Source of the DNA: Thecamonas trahens ATCC 50062
Lineage: Eukaryota; Protista; Apusomonadida
Assembly: GCF_000142905.1 (NCBI RefSeq)
Contig: NW_013657613.1
Span: 90,231-154,230 of the forward strand
Direction: 5' to 3'
DNA length: 64,000 nucleotides
Shown: positions 33,329-43,474 of the stretch, piece after piece
Numbering within the stretch: the stretch's first letter is position 1
Layout of the letters: each line of letters opens with the position of its first letter
Made by a program: the position numbers and the translations under genes
Notes under the pieces: generated by a model
The model's database searches: none
What the model was told of the DNA's origin: nothing
The model's input: only the letters and a program-made list of their open reading frames with translations

Positions 33329-34189
33329 CTACGAGTAGTACTCAAACTCGCCGTCGTAGAGCGCCTCGATCACTTCGGGAACGGGCATGTGGTCGGCATC
33401 AGCTGCTGCGGCAAAGATCAGGTTGTTCTCGATCGAGATGTCGACCAGTCGCATGCTGATGACCTCGACGCCTTCCTGTGGCCTGCGATCGCCGCTGCGA
33501 CCTGGGCTGTTCATGTCGTTGACGCACCGGCCAGGATCAACCTCAACACGGGCAAGGATCCGCACCTCCTTGGCCACCGCATCTCGGTTGACAATGTTCG
33601 GCTTGTCATCGTCGCTCGAGTCGCCGCTCTCGCTGCCGTAGTTGTAGCTAAGGTTGGCTAGCCTGCCAGACGAATCCTCATTCTGCGACCCAGCGTCAAG
33701 CGGGCGCGGGACCAGGATCGGTTTCTGCTCTTGGCGATCTGCATCAGCCAGATCAGATGGCAGCGGGTCAGGGCCTAGTGCAGCTGCCAGAAACGCCACC
33801 AGATCGGAACCAAATCGGCCAAAGCCATCTGCATGCGGGAGCCAGGTGCCGGTCAGCACCCTGATGGAGGTCTCGTTCTCGTCGTTTGAGTGATCCTCGT
33901 GGCCGCGAACAAAGACATACTTCTTGACAGCCCGTCCATCAGCACCAATAGCCAACGATGTGTGCCATCGTTCAAACAAGCCGGTTCCCTCGTTGAATCC
34001 GCCGCACGACATCAGCAGACCCGGCGGGACGGCCATCCGCCGTCGACCAAACTCCCGTCGAGCGAGTGCTGCCCACCCCACGCACACCCTCGCCATCTTG
34101 GCCACCACCAGAACATCCGCAAATGCCATGACCTCTGCCCATAGCTCCAAAGGAAGAAGATACTCTTCGTTGTGCCCACCAGCAGCCAT
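33329..34189 (-). CDS. Hypothetical protein with N-terminal F-box-like motif
   Basis: 286-aa ATG-initiated ORF with LLPLELWAEVMAFAD...MARVCVGWAAL. Confidence 0.65.
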   Translation of the reverse strand: MAAGGHNEEYLLPLELWAEVMAFADVLVVAKMARVCVGWAALARREFGRRRMAVPPGLLMSCGGFNEGTGLFERWHTSLAIGADGRAVKKYVFVRGHEDHSNDENETSIRVLTGTWLPHADGFGRFGSDLVAFLAAALGPDPLPSDLADADRQEQKPILVPRPLDAGSQNEDSSGRLANLSYNYGSESGDSSDDDKPNIVNRDAVAKEVRILARVEVDPGRCVNDMNSPGRSGDRRPQEGVEVISMRLVDISIENNLIFAAAADADHMPVPEVIEALYDGEFEYYS

Positions 34190-34469
34190 CTCTGTCGGTC
34201 GCGAGAGGCGTGTCCACCAGACTGAGTCTGCGTAGCATCTGTGTACCAGCCCGGAGGGCTTGCACGTGTTCGGTCTCCCTCCCCCCTCCTCCTCCTCCTC
34301 CCCCCGATCATGACGTCATGCGACTAGGAGATCATGACGAGCAGCTGGCGATGCTGGAGAGGGACATACTCTGTGGGATCGTCTCCTGTCTTGCGTTGGA
34401 TCGCATTCAGGCTGGCCACCTTCACGGATCACCTCTTCGAGGCGGGGCAGCGGCCTGGCAGCGGCATTC

Positions 34470-34603
34470 TGACGACGATGATGACCATGATGATGATGAA
34501 CATGATGATGATGAACATGATGATGACCATGATGACCATGATGATGACCATGATGATGATGACCATGATGATGATGACCATGATGATGATGAACATGATG
34601 ATG
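34470..34603. repeat. (GAT/CAT)-based trinucleotide repeat tract
   Basis: GATGATGACCAT/GATGAACAT units read directly. Confidence 0.9.
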
Positions 34604-34764
34604 GTAACTGGCCGTTCGCCTGTGGCTTCTTCTCGCAACCGAATGGAAGCATCGAATCGAAGCGGATGTCGGGCAGAGCAGGCAGAGCAGGCTGAGGAGA
34701 CTGAGCAGGTAGAGGAGATAGACGTGACTCGATCGAAGCGAGCAAGCGAGCAAGCGAGCGAGAG

Positions 34765-35652
34765 ATGGCGGGAATGACCAAGGAAGAGCGAGCAGTTGCT
34801 GAGGCTGTGAGAGGCATTGTGTCGAGGCGACAGGTCGGCTATACCGTTCGGTTGGAAATGGCTATGGTGGCTGGCTCGGCCATGTACTCGCTGGCGGGAA
34901 CAAGGTCAGACACGGATTATGTCGGCGTCTTTACCATGCCGAGCGAAGCGTATCTGGGACTGGAGAAGGCGAGCAGTGTCATGGACTCCATTGCTAATGT
35001 GCCTGGGCACGGATCAGAGGCTGAAGAAGATCATGCTCTCCATGAGATCGGCAAGTTTGCACGCATGCTGGCAAAGGGCAACTTTCAGGCCGTCGAGCAG
35101 CTGTACTCTTCTGTTGAGGGCAAGACACCAGTCGTTGCATCGCCGGCCTGGGCTGCCCTCGCTGACCGCCGATCCGAGTTTGTCACGGCTGAATTTGTCA
35201 CCATGTACTTGCTCTACGTGCGGACGCAGCTGCGGCGACACGGCAAGCGCGCCGCAGAGCGATCCGAGCCGAAGAAGTGGTACAACATCTTTCGGGCCCT
35301 CTACGTCATTGGCGCTGTGGTCGATGGCCGCCCGCCACCTATTGCGCTCGACGCCTCGCATCCTGACGACAGCAGAGCCATTGACAGGCTCCTGGCTATC
35401 AAGCGCGGCGAGATCGACCAGGTCTTGCTGTTCATGGAGGCCAAGGACCGCCACGCCACGCTTGTTGCGGCCGACCTCTCTCATCTCCCACAGAGCTGCG
35501 ACCGCGAGTGGCTTAACTCGTGGATCCTCGCTGTCCGCCGCGGCGACTACCTCGATCCGGATGTTCCCGAGCTCTTTGTCATCGAGCCGTCGACCGCCGC
35601 CGATCCCTACGCCGACCTCACAGCAGCCGACGAGCCGAGCAATGCCGAGTAG
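34765..35652 (+). CDS. Pol-beta-superfamily nucleotidyltransferase, YcgL/RlaP-like
   Basis: GSAMYSLAGTRSDTDYVGVF (GS-x-Y-x-L...SDxD), HEIGKFARMLAKGN..AVEQL, KKWYNIFR, LLAIKRG and LNSWILAVR. Confidence 0.8.
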   Translation: MAGMTKEERAVAEAVRGIVSRRQVGYTVRLEMAMVAGSAMYSLAGTRSDTDYVGVFTMPSEAYLGLEKASSVMDSIANVPGHGSEAEEDHALHEIGKFARMLAKGNFQAVEQLYSSVEGKTPVVASPAWAALADRRSEFVTAEFVTMYLLYVRTQLRRHGKRAAERSEPKKWYNIFRALYVIGAVVDGRPPPIALDASHPDDSRAIDRLLAIKRGEIDQVLLFMEAKDRHATLVAADLSHLPQSCDREWLNSWILAVRRGDYLDPDVPELFVIEPSTAADPYADLTAADEPSNAE

Positions 35653-35710
35653 TCGCTAAACCGTACCTTGAGTCTGGATCACTCACAGCTTGTCCCGCCC
35701 CACCCGCCTG

Positions 35711-35860
35711 TATCACTCCGTCCCTCCTTGGCCTTGATCGGTGTATGAGCTCCACCCCGCCCGCAACTTGCTCCTATGGCCCGATCAGCCGCCCCCCTCC
35801 CCCCCCGCCCTCCATCACTCTGTCCCTTCTTGGCCTTGATCGATGTATGAGCTCCATCCT
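35711..35860 (+). repeat. Imperfect ~45-bp direct repeat, 2 copies ~103 bp apart
   Basis: ATCACTCCGTCCCTCCTTGGCCTTGATCGGTGTATGAGCTCCA versus ATCACTCTGTCCCTTCTTGGCCTTGATCGATGTATGAGCTCCA. Confidence 0.85.
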
Positions 35861-35995
35861 CTCGCTGTCGGCATGCGGTAGACCAATCCCGAGCCAAACG
35901 CCAAGCCCGACTCGCGCAGCGGGAGCGACAGCAACCAGCGACAGCAGCGGGAGACGCGGGCAGCCAAGGGACACCTCTCGCAAGCTTTACTGAAC

Positions 35996-36082
35996 ATGGT
36001 ACGAGATAGATAGATAGATAGAGAGATAGAGATAGAGAGAGTATGTGTATGTGTGTGTATGTGTGTGTGTGTGTATGTGTGT

Positions 36083-36128
<46 letters not shown>

Positions 36129-36459
36129 AGGGGGGTGTAGGGAGGGGTGAGAGAGGGCATGTCGGTTGGTTTTTGGCGGGGGGATGGGGGGGGGGATGGG
36201 GATGGGGATGGGGAGTGGGGGGGTAGCAGTGGGAGGGTAGGTAGATATGGGTGTATGAGAGGGGGGAGGAGGGGGGGAGGGGGGGGTATGGGGGAAGGGG
36301 AGGGAAGGGGATGGTGGGTGTGGGTACTGGTGGTGGTGGTGGTGGTGGTGTGCTGGAGGGGGGAGGAAGGAGGGGGGGAGGGGGGGGGGGGGGAGGGGGG
36401 GGCGTGGAGGATGGACTGATGGGGTTGTGGGTGTGGGTATGTATACTCATTATATTTGT

Positions 36460-36521
<62 letters not shown>

Positions 36522-36818
36522 TCGGAGGTGGAAGACACAATCAAGCGCATGGAGCAGCACAAGGGTGTGCAGGGCGTCATCATTCTCTCTCATGATGGTA
36601 TCCCCATTCGGTCAACTCTGGATAACGATAAGACCATCTCGTATGCTGCTCTCATCACACAGCTGACAGAGAAGGCCGCGTCTGTCGTCCGTGAGCTCGA
36701 CGTCACAAACGAGCTCACCTTCCTCCGTGTCCGCTCAAAGCTCAACGAGATCATGGTCGCTCCCGATGAGCAGTACATCCTCATCGTCATCCAGTCGGCC
36801 GGTCAGCAGGAGAAGTAG
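35996..36818 (+). CDS. DYNLRB: Dynein light chain roadblock/LC7; first coding exon is ATG only
   Basis: ATG 35996-35998, intron 35999-36521 (GTACGA...ACTCAT...TAG). The product is MSEVEDTIKRMEQHKGVQG..DGIPIRSTLD...NELTFLRVRSKLNEIMVAPD. Confidence 0.95.
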
Positions 36819-37249
36819 CTCTACTCATCTCCTCCGTAAACTCCCTCCCTCCCTCTTCTCCCTCCCGCCCGCCCATCCCCCAATCCGATCACGACCCCCT
36901 CAAGCCCCCCCTCCCCTCCCCCACCTTCGCCCTCTCCCGCAACCGCTTCTCTCCGCGCCGTCCTCCGAGTACGTACGATCGATCACGATCACGATCACGA
37001 TCACGATCACGCACCTCCCCCCTCTCCCGCCTCCCCCCTTCCCCCCACAACCCCCCACAAACTCACGTCCTCTACCCCCCTACCCACCGGTGCGGTTCCC
37101 TCTTGCTGTCGGCGTGCGTGCGTGTGTGTGCGTGTGCGTGTGCGTGTGTGTGTGTGACTTGACGACGAACGCGACTTGGACGTGGCGAAAACGGGGCGAA
37201 TGGCAAATGGGCGCCAAAAGTGACGACGCCGCCACTCAAGCCGCTGCCG

Positions 37250-38893
37250 ATGGGAGGAGGAGGAGTAGGGGGAGGAGCAGGAGGCTTTCCCAATATGAGT
37301 CGGTATACGCTTGGAGAGGTGTTGGGAAGGGGTAACTTTGGAGCTGTTCGTATTGGTGAGTCACCTTCAGGTACTCAGTATGCTGTCAAGGAGATGGAGG
37401 TGTTGGGCAAGAAGCGGCTGATGAAGGAGAGGGCCATTTGGGAGGTGAGGGTCATTGCTGCCGCTGGTAATGGTCATCCCTATATCATTGGATACAAGGA
37501 AGCAAGCTATGCTAATGGAACCGTGTACATTGTCATGGAGTATGCATCGGCTGGCAACTTGTCTCACCTCGTCAAGCAGTATGCCACACCCTCGGGCGCG
37601 CTTCCCGAGTCGCTCCTCCGTCGCCTGCTCGTCCAGCTGGCCCTCGCGCTCAAGGCCCTGCACGATGCGGACTTTGTCCATCGTGATCTCAAGAGCGACA
37701 ACGTGTTTCTGGACGCTGGCCTTGACGTCAAGCTCGGCGACTTTGGCCTGGCGCGGTCGCTGCCGCGCAGCTCGTACGCGTACACCCCAGCTGGGACGCC
37801 TGGCTACCAGGCGCCCGAGATCATGATGGGCCGGGCGTACAACGCCAAGGCCGACGTCTGGTCGCTCGGATGCATTGCGTACGAGATGTGTGCCGGGCGG
37901 CTGCCGTACCACCCGTCAGTCAAGCATCAGATCATGTACATGCAGCCGGGCCCGCTGCCGTACACGTACTCGAGTGGCCTGCGGAGCCTCATCGGCAAGA
38001 TGCTCAACAAGAACGCACACTCGCGGCCGTCGATTGACGCCATCCTCAATGACTCGTACATGCGTGCGGCGTTCAAGGACGAGCTCAGCGCCGATCACCA
38101 GGCGCTCTTTGACGCTTCCTTTGCCTTTAAGGCGCCAAGCGCGGCGACGCCGAGCCACGCCGACGACATCCAGCGCCATCTCATTGGCTCCATCCGGACG
38201 TTTGACTTTGCCGAGAGCGAAGCCGCGCCGGCTGAGCCCCCTGTGGAGCAGCTTGTCGCCAAGGAGAATGTGGGCGTGGTGAGCGGCAAGAAGCTTGCCT
38301 CGGCCGCCGCCGCGCTCCCGTCGCCGATCGAGGGACTCGACGCCGACGGCACCGGCCCGCTAGCAGACTCTGCGTCGGTGGCTGCGCCGGGCGTCTCCGA
38401 CTCGGTCGTCCTCTACTCGGGCATCGACAACCTACTTGGCGACCTGGATCTCAACGCCACTCTCGACGCCGAGACTATTGCGGCCAAGATCCAGGAGATG
38501 AACTCGCGGTTTAGCAAGATCTCGACTCGGGCGGCAGCGAGCGACGCGGGCTCGCCGGCAGTGCCTGCGCACAAGGGCAGCAGCGCGGCGGCAGCGCCTG
38601 CGCGGACGCCTGCGCGGGCCGGCCCGGCAGTGCCTGCGCGGCACGCGGCCGAGGCTGGCGCCGGCGCGGCGCCACTCAAAGTGGCTGCGCACAAGATGAC
38701 CGTGTCGTCGTCGGTGAACACGAGCGCTGCAAAGGCGCGCGTGGCCAACCCGCTCTTTGACGCGCCGACGGTCTCGGTTGTCGAGAGCTACGGCGTCGGC
38801 GGCGGCGGATGGGGCGCGTCGGTGGCCGGCAGCTATGCGCTGTACGGCGGTGGCGGCGGGTACGGGTACGGCGCAGGCGGGCTGTACTTCTGA
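37250..38893 (+). CDS. NEK/NIMA-family Ser/Thr kinase
   Basis: Motifs GRGNFG, YAVK, IVMEYASAGNL, HRDLKSDNVFL, VKLGDFG, GTPGYQAPE and YNAKADVWSLGC. The start is ATG 37250 or 37295. Confidence 0.9.
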   Translation: MGGGGVGGGAGGFPNMSRYTLGEVLGRGNFGAVRIGESPSGTQYAVKEMEVLGKKRLMKERAIWEVRVIAAAGNGHPYIIGYKEASYANGTVYIVMEYASAGNLSHLVKQYATPSGALPESLLRRLLVQLALALKALHDADFVHRDLKSDNVFLDAGLDVKLGDFGLARSLPRSSYAYTPAGTPGYQAPEIMMGRAYNAKADVWSLGCIAYEMCAGRLPYHPSVKHQIMYMQPGPLPYTYSSGLRSLIGKMLNKNAHSRPSIDAILNDSYMRAAFKDELSADHQALFDASFAFKAPSAATPSHADDIQRHLIGSIRTFDFAESEAAPAEPPVEQLVAKENVGVVSGKKLASAAAALPSPIEGLDADGTGPLADSASVAAPGVSDSVVLYSGIDNLLGDLDLNATLDAETIAAKIQEMNSRFSKISTRAAASDAGSPAVPAHKGSSAAAAPARTPARAGPAVPARHAAEAGAGAAPLKVAAHKMTVSSSVNTSAAKARVANPLFDAPTVSVVESYGVGGGGWGASVAGSYALYGGGGGYGYGAGGLYF

Positions 38894-38945
38894 GGACGGA
38901 CGAGCGAGCACGGAGCAATGAACAGTGCATGTATCTCGTGGAGGC

Positions 38946-41261
38946 TCAGCGAAGGCCCGAGCGGGGGCGCGAGGAGCGAAAGAGCGCCGACTGGGCGGCG
39001 GCGGCGCGGCGGGCCTGCCAGACGCGCGAGGCGATGACGGCGAACCAGAGGGCAAGGGTGAGGACAGACGACCACATCTGGGTCCGCTCGAGGTTTGCAC
39101 GTGAGGGATCATGGGCGCAGCGGACGTGTGTGTGGAGGGTGCGACCGGCTGCGTGGACGAGGCCGTGCAGGGCCTTGACGTCGTGCTTGAGCGAGCGGGC
39201 AAAGTAGATGGCGTCGTCCCAGCGGTTGAGCGAGGAGGAGAGAGCGACGCGCTCGAGCTTGTAGCGGACGACAGCCCAGCGGAGGAGAAAGTCCTCGACT
39301 TGGGCGGTGCCAAGGAGCTGCGAGAGCTCCTTGGAATACTTTGAAAAGTGAGCAAAGAGCCCCTGCAACTCGATGAGGGTGGTGTTGACGTGGGCGTAGA
39401 CGGCGTGGCGGGCGGCGGCGTCGCGAAGCGCAAACGACGAGGCCAGCTCGGTGGCGTACGGGCCAAACGGGGTGCCGGTGAGTGACCAGAGGTAGTTTTC
39501 GTCGAGGTGGCCGTCACGGGCCTGTGACGACGCGAGATGGGTCGGCGTGATGCCAAAGATAGCCGAGAGGAGGGCGCCGGCGAGAGCCGGGTACGGTGCG
39601 CCCTTGTCGACACTCACGCCCGAGCTCGCGTCGCCGGCGACCTGGCAAGTGTGGGCGGTGTAGAAGGAGCCTGACGTGGAGACGCCGACGACAACGTCTG
39701 CGGCGCCGAGGGCGAGATGTTCGAGATCGAGGAGGAGCTCCTCTTCGTCGAGGTGGAGGAGGAGGACCGGGATGACGCGCGAGGTGTCGGTAGCGTCTGT
39801 GCCGTGAGGGGCAGCAGCAGCGGCGGCGCTGGTGCGAGGCGGGCGGCGCTCACGCCGGGCGGCGCGGAGCTCGGCATCTGCGGCAGCGGCGGCGGCGGCG
39901 ACATGTGCGAGCTCGGCTTCGTCAGTAAAGTGGAAGAGTGGATGCTGCGAGCGGACGAGGTCAAAGAGGGCGGCCGAGTCAAGGTAGTGGTGAAAGGCCA
40001 TCGAGTGGGAGGCGTAGACGTCTGACTCGAGGGCGGTGAGGTAGGTCTTGCGGGCGTGAGCGAGGGCGTACTGGCAGATGGGGCAATCGGAGCGGGTGAG
40101 AAAGGTGGTGGCCGAGGTCAGCTGCTGGCCAGGCAGGGCATGGTCGTTGACAAAGGCCATGACCTCGGCAAGGCGGGCGCCGACCGCCATACGGGCGTCG
40201 TCAGCGGCAAGCGAGTCGTCGCCGACGACCACAAACTTGATCTGGATGTGCTCGGCGTCAGCGGCGGAGTCCCAGAGCGGCGGGAGAACGAGGTGCTTGA
40301 CCGACGACCAGACGAGGGCGGCAAGGTCGGCAAGGAGGAGCTTGGCGTTGGGCGCGGCGTCGAGCCGCGGGAGGGTGTACCACTCGACGATGCCAGCGCC
40401 GGCGAGCTCGGGCCCGTAGTGCGCCGGACCTGCGCCAAAGTCGAGCCAGGCGTAGCGGGCGTCAGCCGAGGCATGAACTGGCGCGCCGCAAGGCGAGGAT
40501 GAGGTTGACGTCGTGTCGCGATAGAGGTAGATGCGCCCGCCTGCTCTGGGATTCTCCAAGTTGAGCAAGTAGAAGGTGTAGCCATCTGCGGCGGCGACCG
40601 AGTCTGCATAGACCGGAGCGAGGACGTCATCAATGACGGCAAAATCGACCATGACAACTTGCGGGGAGATGTTTGGATGGAAGGGATCATGAGGACCCTG
40701 CTCAGCCTCAGCCTCTGCCACTGCGGCAGCGAGAGCGCCTTGCAACTCTGCAGCGAGCGATGGATGAGCCTTTGTGACATCAAAGACGACACGGGGATGA
40801 ATGGGACCATACGACGACGACGACGATGATGACGATGACGATGATGACGATGACGATGACGATGATGACGATGACGATGACGATGATGGAGCATCTGGCG
40901 AGAGAGCGGAAGCCGCGAGAGCATGAAGAAAGACATGCAACTGTTCATCATCGACATCGACAGCAGCAGCAGCATCACCATCCATACCCACCAGAACCAC
41001 ATGAACATATACAGTATCAGTATATGTAGCAACATCAGCAAGTCGTTCTTCAAGTGGTCCATCAACAAGCGCATCATCTCGCCACAGTGCTCGTCGTTGC
41101 TCTCGTCCAAGTGCAAGAAAGCCATCGTCTCGTGCCCAGGGGTCACTCGCCGGCGTGTACGGGAGCTTGGAGAAGACAGACGCAGGTGTCTTGGCTGTAC
41201 TGCCTTGGGTCGAGAGGAGGAGAAGGACGAGGAGAAGGACGAGGGTCTGCCGGTGGGGCAT
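38946..41261 (-). CDS. Signal-peptide/type-I membrane protein of an uncharacterised family (resembles plant At3g28720/At5g58100 type)
   Basis: Signal peptide MPHRQTLVLLLVLLLLSTQG. Motifs VHVVLVG, FYLLN, RYAWLDFGAGPAHYGP, YLDS and YLWS..TPFGP. C-terminal TM segment plus basic tail. The family assignment is from memory. Confidence 0.75.
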   Translation of the reverse strand: MPHRQTLVLLLVLLLLSTQGSTAKTPASVFSKLPYTPASDPWARDDGFLALGREQRRALWRDDALVDGPLEERLADVATYTDTVYVHVVLVGMDGDAAAAVDVDDEQLHVFLHALAASALSPDAPSSSSSSSSSSSSSSSSSSSSSSSSSYGPIHPRVVFDVTKAHPSLAAELQGALAAAVAEAEAEQGPHDPFHPNISPQVVMVDFAVIDDVLAPVYADSVAAADGYTFYLLNLENPRAGGRIYLYRDTTSTSSSPCGAPVHASADARYAWLDFGAGPAHYGPELAGAGIVEWYTLPRLDAAPNAKLLLADLAALVWSSVKHLVLPPLWDSAADAEHIQIKFVVVGDDSLAADDARMAVGARLAEVMAFVNDHALPGQQLTSATTFLTRSDCPICQYALAHARKTYLTALESDVYASHSMAFHHYLDSAALFDLVRSQHPLFHFTDEAELAHVAAAAAAADAELRAARRERRPPRTSAAAAAAPHGTDATDTSRVIPVLLLHLDEEELLLDLEHLALGAADVVVGVSTSGSFYTAHTCQVAGDASSGVSVDKGAPYPALAGALLSAIFGITPTHLASSQARDGHLDENYLWSLTGTPFGPYATELASSFALRDAAARHAVYAHVNTTLIELQGLFAHFSKYSKELSQLLGTAQVEDFLLRWAVVRYKLERVALSSSLNRWDDAIYFARSLKHDVKALHGLVHAAGRTLHTHVRCAHDPSRANLERTQMWSSVLTLALWFAVIASRVWQARRAAAAQSALFRSSRPRSGLR

Positions 41262-41388
41262 GCTGCGGTGTGTGGGTGGGGTGGTGGTGGTGGTGGTGGT
41301 GGTGGTGGTGGTGGTGGTGGTGGTGGGGGGAGTGGGCGTGTGTGAGCTGAGCTGGGCTGACCTGGGCCGAGTCGCCACCCTATCCAGG

Positions 41389-41519
41389 CCAGGTCACCGC
41401 CTTCGACCAGGTCACCGCCTTCGACCAGGTCACCGCCTTCGACCAGGTCACCGCCTTCGACCAGGTCACCGCCTTCAACCAGGTCGCCGCCTTCAACCAG
41501 GTCGCCGCCTTCAACCAGG
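41389..41519. repeat. 18-bp tandem repeat CCAGGTC(A/G)CCGCCTTC(G/A)A x7
   Basis: Read directly. Both variable sites are CG/CA alternations. Confidence 0.95.
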
Positions 41520-41576
41520 CTTCGATCAGGATCATTTAGCCGCTGTAGAGCTACTTTGCTTCAACGGCGGCGCGTT

Positions 41577-42557
41577 TTACGACGTAAAGGTCTTGACGGC
41601 TGCGCGCAGGGCAGCGAGCGAGTTGTCGTCGCGGGCTGCATCGCCCGAGGCGACGTGAAAGCGGGTGAGAGCGAGACGGGCGAGATCAGCATAGTGGACG
41701 CCACACACAGTGAGCTCGCCGAGTGAGGCTAGCCGCCGTCTCCGCCGCGCCGAGAGTGGTGGCGCGGCGCGGAGCGCCGACGTGCGTGAGACCAGCTTGA
41801 CCGCGAGAACGACCTGGCGGATCGAGTCGTTGACCCGAATGTCTGCTGCAGGGCGGTGGCCGGTCACGAGCTTGATCTTGCCGGTTACGCCCGGGAGCCG
41901 GATGGTGGTTCCGACGAGGCGCGGGCCGGCGCGGGGCGAGCTTGCGCTGCGCCGGCGTGGGACAACCCCGAGCGAGACGAGCTGGCTGGCGACGGCCGCG
42001 GGGTTGCCGACCACAACGCGGGCGTACGTGCCTGGCAGCTCTGCGGCGAGGCCGAGGGCGGCGAGGACGAGCATGATCTCGCCGCGGTCGGCGTTGTCGG
42101 TTGCGCAGAGCTCGATGCCGAGGACTGCGGCCGAGAACGCCGGCGTGAGGTGCGAGGCGTAGATCGACGCCACGCTGTCGGCGATTTCGCTGGCGAGCGC
42201 GCGGAGCGAATCCTGCAGCGGAAGCGCGAGGTACTTGCCGAGGCGAACGCTCCGCGCGGTGGCGGCGGCAAGCTGCTGTGGCCAGTGGCGGCGGGTGAGC
42301 AGGTGCGGCTTCCACTCGCTGATGTCGATCGAGGCGCGCTCGTACGGCGAGACCTGGTACGCGAGGCCGTACAGCTGCCGGGCGGCAAAGCGGAGCTCAT
42401 CGCTGACCAGCGCCGCGTATGCCTTGCACACGAGCGCCATGGCCATCCAGTTCTTGCCGAGCGGGAGGAAGCGGACGATGTGCGAGAGGATCTCGGGCGG
42501 GAGAACCGACCAGGCAGCGACAGTTTCTAGCTGACAGACGCGGGCACACGCAGCCAT
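41577..42557 (-). CDS. Hypothetical protein with N-terminal F-box motif
   Basis: WSVLPPEILSHIVRFLP....AMALVCKAYAAL. The first in-frame ATG is at 42557. Confidence 0.7.
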   Translation of the reverse strand: MAACARVCQLETVAAWSVLPPEILSHIVRFLPLGKNWMAMALVCKAYAALVSDELRFAARQLYGLAYQVSPYERASIDISEWKPHLLTRRHWPQQLAAATARSVRLGKYLALPLQDSLRALASEIADSVASIYASHLTPAFSAAVLGIELCATDNADRGEIMLVLAALGLAAELPGTYARVVVGNPAAVASQLVSLGVVPRRRSASSPRAGPRLVGTTIRLPGVTGKIKLVTGHRPAADIRVNDSIRQVVLAVKLVSRTSALRAAPPLSARRRRRLASLGELTVCGVHYADLARLALTRFHVASGDAARDDNSLAALRAAVKTFTS

Positions 42558-43474
42558 CGCTTCGCTGCCAGTGACAGCGGACGACGAGCCGGGCTCCAGC
42601 GTGTGCGGGCAGATCTCGGCACAGCCGCCGCCTGCTCGGGCGACGGCTGCGCCGGTCGATATGGGGGCTAGCACGCCATCATGACTTGTCACAGCGCGAC
42701 ACGCAGTCGCTTCAGCTCCATTGTCTCCGCGATGGAGGCGATGGAACCGCGTAGATGGCGAGGATGATGGGAGAGGTGGCGAGCACCTTCGAATAGAAAG
42801 TTCGAGAGGCAATGGACAACAAGCGCGGTGCGTTTGCCAGAGAAGGATATCATATCATGGATGAGAGAGCAAGGTGTGTGCAGGGCATCGGAAGACTACA
42901 ACTGCATTTCGATGAGAACAAGAATGTGAGGTGGCAAAGAGCCGTGTGTGACGACGGTGTGATGGCATTGCGCAGGGTTTTATGGAGGAAAAGATGCCAT
43001 TTTCTTTGAATGCTGAGAAGAGCCAACGGAATGGAAGGCTCTTCTTTCCCCTCCGCCCACTCTAGTCGAATGGCGCAGACAAACGGCGATGACTCGTTCG
43101 TTGTGTATGGGGGGGGGGAGGGGGGGAGGGGGGGGGGAGAGGATGATTGCGTTTGGCTACGGTTGAGAGCTGCTCGGGCGGATGAAGACGACAACAGCGA
43201 ATCGATTGTGGCCGATAACTCTCCGGCGACCCTCCTCGACCTCAATGGTGGCCTTCAGCTAATCCGCCCTTCGCATCGGGCACTTGCTGGCGGACGTGGT
43301 GACGATGTGCTGGTGGTGGTGGCGGACTTGTTGACGGACAAATTCAGCTCGGGCAAAGTGGAGTGGAGAACGGCATGGGGCAACGGCAGCGAGGAGAATG
43401 GTGAGAGTCTGGTGGCCTGGTGGCAGACTCGACGTAGTACTACCGCTTGGCAGCAGCAGGCGCTGGGCGTGGTT

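Noticed and set aside
42812-43009. 65-aa ORF in an AT-richer divergent interval
   Set aside because: It is short, has no motif and lacks the host codon bias.
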